The notes under the pieces are model-generated. The model did not search any database. It was given only the letters and a program-made list of their open reading frames with translations, and was not told the DNA's origin. Shown piece by piece: positions 23,226 to 34,781 of a stretch of 64,000 bases of DNA. The translations under genes and the position numbers were made by a program. How positions within the stretch are numbered: position 1 is the first letter of the stretch; the number at the start of each line of letters is the position of its first letter. This DNA is from Thraustochytrium aureum (Eukaryota), in the NCBI GenBank assembly GCA_012862495.1, contig BLSG01000216.1, forward strand, positions 585,796 to 649,795. The letters run 5' to 3'.

Positions 23226-24701
23226 TCACTCTCCTTCGCGGCCTTGTCCTGCACGGCCGCTGCCAGTCCCTGCCAACTTGTTCTGCATCTCTGCGAACCA
23301 CGAGCTAGCCAAGCCCTGGATAGACACGACGATTGCCCGGTCCACGCCGAGTAGCGCGGCCGCTCGGTCCGCGTCAACGGCGCAAGTGGCGCGTTCAACG
23401 CGCTCCCCCCATGAAGTAAGATCGCGAGCCGTGTTGCCCTGGTTCTTCCAAAACTCGCCCGTCGATACCGTGTACGAGACGTAGAAGAGAACGAGGGTGA
23501 GCAACAGCACGTCGTCGCGAAGCGCATCCAGGGAAGGCGCTGGCACAGTGGCCGCGCCATCGGCTGCCGCAAGAAGCGCTTTATGATACCGAGAAAGCAG
23601 CACCTCCAAGTGAGCCGCGCGCTCCGCCGGCGGGAGGCCAATCGTCGTTGCATAAGTAAAGTCCCAAGCCGCAGGTGCGGCGTTCGTCGCCTCCCAGTCC
23701 GCGAAAACGACCTCGGAGCACGGCTCCGGGCCAACAAAGATCATGTTTCCCGGGCGACAGTCGCCGTGAACCAGCGTGAGCGGGTGGGCGGCGAAAAAGC
23801 CCTGGAGAGCCTTGAACAGCACAGCATACCCTTTCGGCCGCGCGCTGCTTTTGTCGTTCCCACCAAGCGTGAGAACCCACTCGCAGAATGCTAGGCCCTT
23901 TTTCGCTGGGATCCAGCAAGTGGCGGCGTCTTTGCCAACGCGCCCGTGGAACTTGGCGTGCATCCTAGCTGCGGTCGTCAACATCTTTTCCATGTCTGCG
24001 ACACTCTGGAACTCGTGATCTGACACTACGCGGAGTAGCGCGGCATCACCGGCCTCCGTGGCGCCATCGACGAGCGTGTGCTCACTCAATTGTGGGAGAC
24101 CCGGGAGCGAGGACGGGTTGATGTGCTTGACCGGCAAATGTTCGAGCACGAGACAAACCAAATTGAGCGTCGGAAGCTTGCCGCAATAGAGCGCTCGCGG
24201 CGTGCGAAGCGGCACGGCGCTGCTCGTCTTGGCGTAAAAGTCGACCTCGCGTGAGACGCCAGGCTCAGCGGCCGCGCGCAAGGCTTGCAGCCACCATGGC
24301 ATGCCCTTCCCGGTCTGAAACTTCAGGAAGAGCCGCAACTCCGACTCCTGGGTCCCTCGTTCGTCGCCGGAATCGCGCGCGAAGACCACCTTGACGGCTG
24401 CCGACGTCGCGTTTTTGTCGGGTTCGGTCTCGATGCCGGCGAGCGGCTCCAGGCGGACGAGCTTGCTCCCTCGCGGCAGGACCCCATTCCTGGTTAGAAA
24501 GGCCACAAACGCGTCCGGGTCGCTCCAGATCTCGCCTTGGTTGCGCGGGAAGCGCACTCGCACGGTCTTGGCGAGCACGGTCCGCTCCAGGGCGATCGCC
24601 GCATAGCTCGCCAGGAACCTCGCGAGCAGCATCAGGAGCTTGCGCAGAGCGACCGCCAGAACGAGGCCGAGAGCTGCAGCCACGTTTCGCGCGTCCAGCA
24701 T
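23226..24701 (-). CDS. APH/choline/ecdysteroid-kinase-like phosphotransferase with an N-terminal TM segment
   Basis: LFLKF, REVDFY, LVLEHL, Brenner motif TLVHGDCRPGNMIF, FADWE. Confidence 0.85.
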   Translation of the reverse strand: MLDARNVAAALGLVLAVALRKLLMLLARFLASYAAIALERTVLAKTVRVRFPRNQGEIWSDPDAFVAFLTRNGVLPRGSKLVRLEPLAGIETEPDKNATSAAVKVVFARDSGDERGTQESELRLFLKFQTGKGMPWWLQALRAAAEPGVSREVDFYAKTSSAVPLRTPRALYCGKLPTLNLVCLVLEHLPVKHINPSSLPGLPQLSEHTLVDGATEAGDAALLRVVSDHEFQSVADMEKMLTTAARMHAKFHGRVGKDAATCWIPAKKGLAFCEWVLTLGGNDKSSARPKGYAVLFKALQGFFAAHPLTLVHGDCRPGNMIFVGPEPCSEVVFADWEATNAAPAAWDFTYATTIGLPPAERAAHLEVLLSRYHKALLAAADGAATVPAPSLDALRDDVLLLTLVLFYVSYTVSTGEFWKNQGNTARDLTSWGERVERATCAVDADRAAALLGVDRAIVVSIQGLASSWFAEMQNKLAGTGSGRAGQGREGE

Positions 24702-25293
24702 GCTACGAGCAGCCCACGTGGCCCACGAACGCCAGTCAGCGCCGAGCAGCTTCACAGCGCGCCCAGTGAGTGTCCAGCGAGCCGCAGCTGGGCAGCGTCA
24801 ACGTGCCGAGTCGATGCGGCTTTCGTTGCGTGCTCGCAGGTCAGGTCAGGTGACTCAGGTCCATAGACGGCTCGCAATGCGCGAGAGCGGAGTACAACGC
24901 ATTGTTCCTTGACATGTATTGACAATCCGTATCGCAACGGCTAAATCCTGCCATCGAGTCCGAGTCCGTGCAGCGCCAGAACCGCATTCGCTGCGCAGAG
25001 CCGGCGCGCAGCCAGGCTCGGAGCCGCCCGCCAGCGGCAGCGCGTCGCTGGAGGCAGAGCCGCAGCAACCATCGCCTGTTTCTGGCGGCCGGCGCGCGAT
25101 CAGTTGACCCCGTCGTGGGGTGGGTTGACTGGTCTCGGAAGGGCCAACCAAGGCGACGACCTGCGAGAGACTACGCGCAGCGCGGCACTGTGGCGCGATT
25201 CACGTAGCGTTTACTGGTTGACCGCTGCGCGTTCGTTGCTTCTCTCTACGCTCGGCGCCGGGGGCTGAGAGCGCCCGGGAAACGAGGTGGACC

Positions 25294-28200
25294 ATGGACG
25301 GCGGGGCCGGCGCAGGCGCCGAAGGCACGCGGCGAAGGCCGAACGGGCCAACGAAGCTTGTCGCAAATGCGACCACGCGAAAGACCGCTAGACCAGCGGC
25401 GCTGGGGGAGACAGGTAGCCGCGTAACTCGAAAGCTGCGCTTTGTTAGCGTACCGGACATTGCCGTCATTGGCGTGGCCAAATTGGCTCTCGAAGGGCGA
25501 GCGACCAAGGTCGAACGGCCGACTAGGCAGATGGAAAGGTATCCGCACGACCTGCTGAAGCGCGTGCTTGGTTACAGCAAAGGCGGGGAGCTCGTGCTAG
25601 AGCGCGCTGCGATTCTCGGTGCCCCACGGACGCTCGTAGATCTTCGCCCGTGGGCGGCGGACGTGGACACGCTGGCCGCACTCGGGGCAGGATCGCCCAA
25701 CATGCGAGTGCTGGACCTGGCCAACTGCCCTGGGCTCCGGTCACGGTCTCTTGTGACGCTTCTAGCAAGCTTGCGCGGGAAATGCGGGCCTCAGCTTCGG
25801 CACGTCGACTTGTCGGGTGGGCTGTGGAAGGTCAGCCAGACGAGGTCGACGCTGGAGTGGCAGTCCTTGTCGCGAGCTGTGGCGCTCAGCTTCGCTCGCT
25901 CGTCCTCTCCGGTAGCCAGATTAGTGACGGCGCCCTAGTCGTCGTCGCGCAGAGGTGTACCAGACTATCTTTGCTCGACGTCTCGTGCTGCGACCGGGTC
26001 ACAGACGCCGGGGTAACCCAAGTTCTTGCTGCAAACCAACCTCCGGGCCGCCGCCGGCAGGACCCCGAAAGAGCTCTGCCGCCTGCGAACGACTTTTTAA
26101 ATCAGCTGAGGCAGCTCAACGTAGCTCGCTGCGGAAAGATTCGAGCGCGGTGGTTCTTGGCTCAGGGCATCGACAACAGCGTCGCCCTTTGTGCGAGCTG
26201 GCTGCAGCAGGTTGACCTCTCTGAGTGCGAGCGGGTGAACGACGTGGCCATCGTGGAGCTTGCTGCGGCCACAGCCTGCGAGCTGCGGATACTGAATGTA
26301 TCTGGCTGCGCAGAGATTTCTGACACAGCTATCGCCGCAGTTGCTCGAGCCTGTTCTTCGCTGGTGCAGATCAACATGTCGCGCTGCCCTCGCGTAACCG
26401 ACGAAGGCGCGATCGCGCTCAGTACTAGCGCGGTGAGATGCCTCGAGGCAGTGGACGTGTCGGGAACTGCTGTTAGCGACCTTGGGCTCGCGGCCCTGGT
26501 GGAGGCGTTTGCGGCAACCCTTGCGAAGGTTGTGGCGGATGCGCCCCCTCACAACGACGCCCTTGCTCGTTGCAAGGCCGCCAGTCGCTTGGCATACTCT
26601 GGGCACGAACAGCAGGTTTTGCTGGGCGCCAAGGTAATACAGAGCCAGGAACGGGCGAGGGCGGGGCGGTGGATTCCCTCGTCCTTGCTCGAGCAGGCAG
26701 AGGGGCACGAGCGAGAGGAGTTCCCAGGCCCCGAACTAGCGCTAGAGTCCGTCTCGCTCGCTGGCCATTCTCTGCTTGCGCCAGGGCGTCTATTGGCGCT
26801 GGCACAAGCCTGTTCTGCAGCTCTCCTGGAGCTCTGCGTTGCAGGTTGCGAGCTTGTGCAAGACAGACATATTGAGACACTGGCGAGGACGTGTCGAAGG
26901 CTCCGGGTTTTAGACTTGTCGGCGTGCCCGCTGATCGGAGACGGCGCGCTAGAGGCACTGGCAAGCAGTGGCCTCGATCTGGTCGAGCTTGGGCTCTCCC
27001 TCGGCCAAGCGCTGGCTGAAACGATCCAAGAGCCGCGCGGCGAGGGCCACCAGAAATTCCCCAAGAGCAACGATTCGAGTCTCGCCCTTCATGGCCATAT
27101 CGACCTGGTTTCCGATCGAGGGATTTGTACCGTGCTCGCGCGCTGTTGCGCACTTGCAAAAATTGACNNNNNNNNNNNNNNNNNNNNNNNNNNNNNNNNN
27201 NNNNNNNNNNNNNNNNNNNNNNNNNNNNNNNNNNNNNNNNNNNNNNNNNNNNNNNNNNNNNNNNNNNNNNNNGTAGCGCAAGTGCACAACGACCAGACAG
27301 GAGGCCCGATTCCTTCCCCAGAAGACCCCATGGTGGCGCCAGGGCAACGTCAGAGAGCTGGTCTTTGCGTTGTCAACGCTCGTGGCTGTCCAAAGCTCAA
27401 GCAAGAGGGCCTAGAGGCCCTGCTGTTCCGAAATCCATCACTCGAGCGCGTGTCGCTCGGTCTCTGCCCACAACTTTACGTGCAAGACTTGGACGCAGCC
27501 CTGGCGGCTTCGCAAAACGAGCTCTTGTCAATCCGGATCCAGCCCGAGCTAGAGCTTTTTTTGGCCGAGGCGACACGCATGGAGGTTGTCCGCTCCGAGG
27601 CGGCTCGGTACGTCGCGCGCGAGGTCGGGGCCGCAAACCGAATACAGCGCAGGTTTCGCAAGTTCGCAGCCGCGCCAATAACGCTCGCGTATGTCTTGCT
27701 GAAGGAGGGCCCCGTCACGGACAAGTACGCAATCTTGATTCAGTCCATGTGGCGAAAGCGCCAGATGGTACGGCGGCTGCAAGAGTCGATTGACCGAACT
27801 CGCGGTGCGCGAAAGTTTCAGCGCATGGTCCGAGCGCACTTTTGGCGCAAGAGGGTGCGCCGGTTGCTGTCGGACAAGTCTGCCAAGGAGGCCCGCGAAC
27901 GCATTGCGCGGGAGCTTTCGATGCAGCATGCTTCAGCCTCGCGTATTCAGGCCTGGTTCGTCAATCGAAAGTGGTTGCGGTCGTCAGAGGGCATAGCTCA
28001 CCAGCAACTGGAGCGGGACGCCAAAATCGAGCTAGGATGGCGCCGCAAACAAGTCGTGTGGAAAGCAGCGTGGTCCCGCATCGCCATCGGCGCAGCTCAG
28101 TTTGCGAATTTCGCGGCGCGAAATAGCGCTTCGTATCTTTTGATTCCCGCGCCCGTAGAGCATTCGGTAGCCCGTCAGGGCAGCGAACGAGCTCCAAGCA

Positions 28201-31200
28201 CAGTCGTCGAGACGCAATGCGCTGTGGTTACCCAACGCCAAATCTCACAGACTGCCCAAGCGACTCGCGAGCGCCGCTCTCGAGCTGGTCGGCACGAAGG
28301 CGACCCGATTACGTATTGCGCGCACTGCTCGTCGCGCCGGGCGGCCTTTTGGTGCGCGCTGTGCATGTATGCGAGATGCGAGGTTTGCACTTGGCAAACC
28401 GATGAGCACGCCGCTCATGTGGCGAAGAGGAACGACCCACATAAAGACAGCGACTTGATCCGGCCACTGGAAGGCCCGCTCAACAAGGCCGCCCATGAGC
28501 AAGACTTGGGCACCGAAATAGACCTGGCGTACTCGGACGCCCTGGTCGTGCGCTCGGCCATGGGCAGCGCGACGCTTCTGATTGCACAGCGAGCCAAGGT
28601 CTTGCAAGAGCTGCGACAGCGCTTTGCGAGGCTAGAGCAGGAGCGCGAGGCAGCCAAGCGCGAGGCAGCCAAGCGGCACCGACAGCGTCTCGTCGAGTGC
28701 GCCATTCTAGTGCAGAGCACCTTTCGTCGAAAGCGGGCGCTAGATGTTTTTCAAGCTTCAAAAGCGCGGCACGAAGAGACCGTGCAGCGCTTGCGCAGAG
28801 TTGCTGTCGCGAGCGCAGCAGCGCGGGTTCAGGCGTTCTGGCGATCCCGCGAACCGCGCAAAATTTGGCTCCAACTCTGCTCGTCAACATTGCGACCTGA
28901 AGTGCCGTTCATACAGCGAAAGGCAGCTGTCACGGCTGCCTATGTCCCTGTCTGGCGCGCCCTCACCAAGAGCTTGGCGAAACGCAGCTATGCTGAAGCT
29001 GTTGCCTTCTCCGACGCAGAGCGAGATGCGCACGAACGCTTTCAGCAGGATGTAGTGCTCCCGCAGCTCGCGGACGTCCAGAACCAGGTCGAGGAGCGCA
29101 GGGAAGAATCCCGAAAGCTTTCGGAACAGCTCGCCGCGCTTCGGGAGACCGTCACACGCGAGAGCCACAGCCTTGTGCAGACGGCAGTAGCTCGACTATC
29201 GCACAGCAAGCTCTGCGCGGAGGGCTCCGCGCGACTCTTGGAATTCTTTCCAGCTGCACAGGGCAACGCGAGGCAGAGCGCCAGATGCGAAGCGCGGCGA
29301 TGCTCGAGGTTGCGGGGAGCAGATTTGATGCGGTTCTGCGCCGGGTCGACCTCCTGGAGGCCATTCGTTCACGGATGATCGAGCGACGTGCATTACTTCA
29401 GGCTGCAGTTCGCCGAAAAGGTGGCAGCAGGTCTGCAGCAGCGCTGCGCAAGATCTATGCGCAGTCCAAAACGCGCGACATTCGAAACTTTTGCGAAAGC
29501 GACGAGAGCAAGCAGAGGGTAGACAAACTCGAACTCATCGTTGAGTGCGAGCTTGACTGGATCGCAGAAAAGCTCGGCGAGACCTCACACGCGGCGATCA
29601 AGACAGCCAGATCGCTCAAGGCAGAGTCATCTAGACTAGAGCCGACGATCGAGCTCCGCGCAATGAGTCCCGCAGGAACTGGTGGCGGCGCGGACGATGC
29701 CGTGGAAGGGTCCAACTCGTCCTCCTCCGATGATGAAGACGTCGAGGGAGGCGATCCCCAAGGCGATCCCAAGAACGGCTCGACTGAGGCGCCAGAGACA
29801 AGGCGCCGGCGCAACCTTGTGTTGAAGCAACGAAAGCAAGCAGTCGCTGCGTACGCTCGTCGTGACGTCAAGTACCTGGACCACAACATTCCTTGCGAGG
29901 TGGACAGATACTGGGAAGAGGCTGAACGCATCGCCTTGTACGAGCAGAAGCGTTTGTCCGCGCACCTTTCTGTCGAGCACGAGCGGCAAGCCTTGATAAA
30001 GCAGTTGCTAGGCCTGTTCCGCGTGCACGACGCCTTTGCAAAAGAAATCATGGCCGCGGTCGTGCAGCGGGCAGCGCAACAAGGCGGACGGAACGACGGC
30101 ATGCTCGCAAAGCTCGCCGCGCAAGAGAGCGAGGCGCGCGGCAGGTTTGCCAAGCTCCTTAACCGAATCCAGCAGGTCTCGGCAAAGTACTTTGACCTCC
30201 AGCGCCGACACGAGCGCTCGCTAGAAGCATACACACGCCCGCTGATCGAATCACGCGCGCAGGCCTGCCACGATGAACCAGTGCGCTCATTTCTTGGCGT
30301 GATGCCTCCAAGCGTGAAGGTTCGGCATAAGGTTTCGGTAAAGGTCTTGGCAAGGGAGGTGCGGTACGAAGCCTGGACCGCGCTGCTCCCGGCGCGGTTT
30401 TTCACCTCGCGTGAGCGGCTTCGCGCAGATGCAGAGCTGCAGCTTCGCCTCCGTTCAGCGCTCAACGCGCGCATCGCCGAGGCAAACGGAGACGACATGA
30501 GCAAGTTTGGCAAAGAGGGCGAGGAGGAAGAGATTGTCATTCCAACGGAGGCGCTCGAGCAAGAAAAGGGCGCTCTCGTGGCGCAGCTTATTGGCGAAGC
30601 GCGCTTTGCTGCGGAAAAGGGGAAAACGCACAGACAGCGCCGCAAGCCTTGGCCCACGCGTGTGCGCGAGAGGCTGCTTGAGTGGATCAACGAAGATCGC
30701 GACGCGATCAAGCGGATCGAGCGCGTCGTGCTGGAGCGTCAGCGCGTTGTGGCCAGTGTTTTGCAAGGGATAGCTGGAGACATTGCCATCACAGTGGGCA
30801 ATCAGGAGGTCGTCGACATGGAGAGGCAGCAGCAGGTGCGACAGCAAGAAGGCCTGGATCACCTTTCTCGACTGCCTCGGAACCTTGGCTTTGACTCTGC
30901 CGTTTACCTTTGGTATCGACGCACTGCTGAGACAGCCGATATGGTCGGCGACATCAAAATCTCTCACGCTGCAAAGCGGCACCCGATGTACATCGCCGCC
31001 CCGAAAGGATACACTCGCGTGACCCACCCGAAGCTCCGTGGTAAGAGCCGAGACCCAGGCATGGACATTCTTGTGGCGCGTGCTGATTCAATGGAGGACG
31101 CCGGCTCTGTCATCACCGACATTCGCGTCTCGCTTGGTCTGGACCCTGAGGAGGACCGCGAGCTCGTCAATGACGGCTTCCAGATGATCGACGTGGACTT

Positions 31201-32098
31201 GGGCTACTGCGGGCTCGCCGAAGGTGCGCACATTTGGGTCCTACGCGAAGGCCGCGGCAGCTCGAGCGCGAGCAGGCCGGCGGTTGGGAAGCCACGCGAG
31301 ATCGATGCACTTGAGAAAAAGCGCAACGAAATTATCAGCAGGCTCGGCGCGCGCGGGGAAGCCGCGGCTGACGCGACCGAGCTCTCGCTATTGAGAGAGC
31401 TTGACCGGCAAATTGCGATCGCAAAGGAAACCAGCGCAGCTGCACGCAAAGACATGCTGCGCAAGGCCACCGAGCTGCTGGCCCTCACTCCGAAAGAGCT
31501 GCGGCTTCTTGTCAAAGATTTTGCAGCAATGGACGCGGACAGTTCCGGAGAGGTTTCCCTCCGCGAGCTATTCGCTCACGTAGGCGTTCAAGAGGGCGCG
31601 CTTGCTGAGCGTGTGTTTTACTTTTTCGACCAGAACGAGGATGGGAGCCTAGACTTTTCCGAGTTTGTTCACATCTTGGCCACGTTTGGCCTCTTCGGGG
31701 CCAATGAAATAGCCAAGATGTGCTTTCAGTTCCTCTGCCCCAGCCGAGACGGTACGGCCCCGATTCCTGCCGTTGAGCAGCTGTTGAGCACGATGCACGG
31801 CGTGGACCCGAGCGAACTCCCGGTGCTTCGGAATGCGATCAGTTGGTTTCGGAAGGAGGACACTGAGCTCACCGGCATGATTACACTTGAGCAGTTCGTG
31901 CAAATGAGCCGCAAGTACCCGGCCGCCCTCTACCCTGTTGTGGTGATCCGTGACCGCCTCCGCGGCGCGTTCTTCGGGCTCAAGTGGTGGAGCAAGCGGC
32001 TGCGCTTCTTTGCTGAAGCTCGAGCTCGTTTGCGGCGCCGCCAAACGGTTGCGCTGGAATCGGCGCTGCCGGCCATCGGCAAGCCCAGGCCAAGCTAG
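25294..32098 (+). CDS. Giant multidomain protein: Cys-containing LRRs, IQ motifs, B-box, coiled coil, MABP-like repeats, EF-hands (frameshifts at about 25815 and 29250, gap 27168-27272)
   Basis: LxxLDxSxCxxVTDxG repeats; IQRRFR, IQSMWR and VQAFWR motifs; CAHC..CALC..CEVC..H; DADSSGEVSLRE and DQNEDGSLDFSE. Joining three ORFs into one gene is an inference. Confidence 0.7.
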
Positions 32099-32939
32099 CC
32101 CCGTGATGAAAGACAAAGACAGACCTAGATTGTTGGCCGGCCGGCCGCGCGTGTATTGCTGGCACCTATTGAAGGTCTATTGGCAGCCAGCGCCGTGGAA
32201 TCACCCTGCCTCAATCTTGATACTCCATGTGGTTGGTGGTGTTACTCTACGTAGTGCCCTCAAAANNNNNNNNNNNNNNNNNNNNNNNNNNNNNNNNNNN
32301 NNNNNNNNNNNNNNNNNNNNNNNNNNNNNNNNNNNNNNNNNNNNNNNNNNNNNNNNNNNNNNNNNNNNNNNNNNNNNNNNNNNNNNNNNNNNNNNNNNNN
32401 NNNNNNNNNNNNNNNNNNNNNNNNNNNNNNNNNNNNNNNNNNNNNNNNNNNNNNNNNNNNNNNNNNNNNNNNNNNNNNNNNNNNNNNNNNNNNNNNNNNN
32501 NNNNNNNNNNNNNNNNNNNNNNNNNNNNNNNNNNNNNNNNNNNNNNNNNNNNNNNNNNNNNNNNNNNNNNNNNNNNNNNNNNNNNNNNNNNNNNNNNNNN
32601 NNNNNNNNNNNNNNNNNNNNNNNNNNNNNNNNNNNNNNNNNNNNNNNNNNNNNNNNNNNNNNNNNNNNNNNNGTGTCTTGCGAAAGCCAGGCTTGCACCT
32701 GTTGGCTCGGTGTACACTCTCTGCACTTTGTGGTGGCGCGCCCGCAGAGCCGCAACCACTCGGCGCAGGCGGCGGTGCTGGCGTATGCGGCGTGGCGAGG
32801 GCGGGCTGCGGGTTGGCCATTGCGGCGGGCGTAGCGGACTGCGGGCTGGCTGGCCGCTCGCTTGCGTTTTGAGCAACGGGCCAAGGTTGGGTAGAGGAAG
32901 CCAGTCCCGACCGACGCAGCGCGTGGAGAGGGCGGGAGA

Positions 32940-34559
32940 ATGCTGCTGACGCAGGTGGAGAAAGAGAACTTTGCCAACTATGAGACCGTGGTGTATGACA
33001 AGTCGCTCACGCGGCGGCTGATGGAGCCCTTCTGGGACCAAGTTGTCAAGCTGTTCCCGGATGAGGTGGCGCCCAACATGATCTCGCTGGCGGCGATGAT
33101 CTGCTGCATCCAGGCCTGGTACCTATGCTTTACGCAGGGCGAGGAGTACCCGCAAGAGACGACGGCGATTGCAATCGTGCTGATCTTTGTGTTTTGGACG
33201 CTGGACGCGGTCGACAGCAAACACGCCGAGCGCATCGGGAACGACAGCTCCCTGACCGAGTTTTTCGACCACATGTGCAGCTCTATCGGGACGATCTTTC
33301 TCGTTCTTACGCTCTGCGAGTGCTACGCGATCACAGAGATCGACTGCATTTGGCACTACGTGCAAGTGGGACAGCTCTTGATCCTGAACAAGCACCTCGG
33401 GGGGATGAAAAAGGAGTACATCTCGTACCGGCTTTTCAACGGGCCGGGGGAGGGCGTCACAATCTTTATCGTCCTCCTGGCGACGCGCGCTGCCTTCGGC
33501 CTGACCTTCATTGACACCTACACAACGCAGGTTTTGAACTTTATGCAGGCGGTGATGCCGCCGACGCTGCTGCAGTCGCGCCCTGACCTCTTCGACAATC
33601 CCTCACTCAAGCTCTCGCGTACACTGTTCTTCTGGACGCTGACCTGGACAGGTCTGATGGCACTGTAGGTTTGGCTTGCTGTCGCTTTGCGGGTTGTGCT
33701 CTTGCTGGCTTGGGCACCGCCTCGCCGCTCGTTTATTTTCCGTTGGGTTTGCGCTGACGCCCCTCCGTGACGATGCAACAGGCGACTCGGAAAGGAGCAC
33801 CGCGTGACGAGGTACTCCCTTCTCGTTTGCTTCGTGTACCTCCTCATCCCGTCTGGTCTGCTTATTTTCAACTTTGAGCTCACTCTCGCGGACGTCATCG
33901 CCCGCGGCCTAGTCACGGCGATGGTGTCGAGTGATCTTGTCGTGGCTCGCATGGCCAACCGCGAGCTGCACCCATGGGTGGTCATCATCAACATGTTCAG
34001 CCTCGTGAGCAACCTGTTCAGTTTTATTCTCGTCCCCTTCTACTATGCCACGATCCTTTTCGAAGTGAGCTCTTACACGCGACTTCCGCTCCTTTCGCGT
34101 CTCACCAATGTTTACTTTGACGGGGTTTTTGACATGCCGCACATTGGCCACATGACCGCGTTCAAGAACGCTGCCAAGTTTGGGACTCGCCTCTTCGTCG
34201 GGGTGGCCTCGGACGAGGACGCGACACCCTACAAGCGGCGCCCGGTGATGACCGCACAGGAGCGGTACGAGGTGGTGGGCGCCTGCAAATACGTCTACAA
34301 GGTGATCCGGAACGCGCCGTGCACGAAGGGCTCCCTCAACGAAGAATTCATCAAGAAGCACCGCATCCACGTCGTCGCTCATGGCGAAGAGTACGACAAG
34401 CCAGATGACGAGTGGTATGCGATCCCGCGTCGCCTCGGGATGACGCGGATCCTCCCGCGCCACGACGGAATGAGCACCTCGGAGCTTATCGCGCGCATCC
34501 AAAGCCGCGACACGAGCCAGCTCAACCGCAAGTCTGCGGCTGAGACTGTGAAACGGTGA
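32940..34559 (+). CDS. CDP-alcohol (EPT/CPT-like) phosphotransferase fused to a cytidylyltransferase (ECT/CCT-like), intron 33665-33781
   Basis: EPT-type N-terminus (NY..DKSL..LMEPFW..APNMIS). A GTAGGT..GCTGAC..CAG intron joins the frames. C-terminal DGVFDMPHIGH, KRRPVM, ER and RHDGMSTS motifs. Confidence 0.88.
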
Positions 34560-34781
34560 GGCGCCGCCTCGCGCTCGCTGGCTAGCCTCGCAGACCAACA
34601 CTGCAGAGAAAGCGGGAACCGGCTACCGGTAGGATGAAGATAAAGAAAGGATGCGGGGTCAGCTCTGTGCGGTATAGGATAAGGGCTTGCATGGTGCATT
34701 GGCGCGGACTGCGAGAGCTGGGCTGCTGCCGCGGAAACTTGCACGGTCCAAGGGCGCGGACTGTAAAAAACATCGACAGGA

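Noticed and set aside
29455..30711. Long antisense ORFs (also 10039-11112, 53344-54156, 62631-63995)
   Set aside because: These are shadow frames expected opposite GC-rich coding sequence, and they contain no recognisable motifs.
33666..33668. TAG in the middle of the EPT-cytidylyltransferase gene as stop-codon reassignment or readthrough
   Set aside because: It lies inside the intron donor GTAGGT. TAG, TAA and TGA all serve as normal stops elsewhere in the window.
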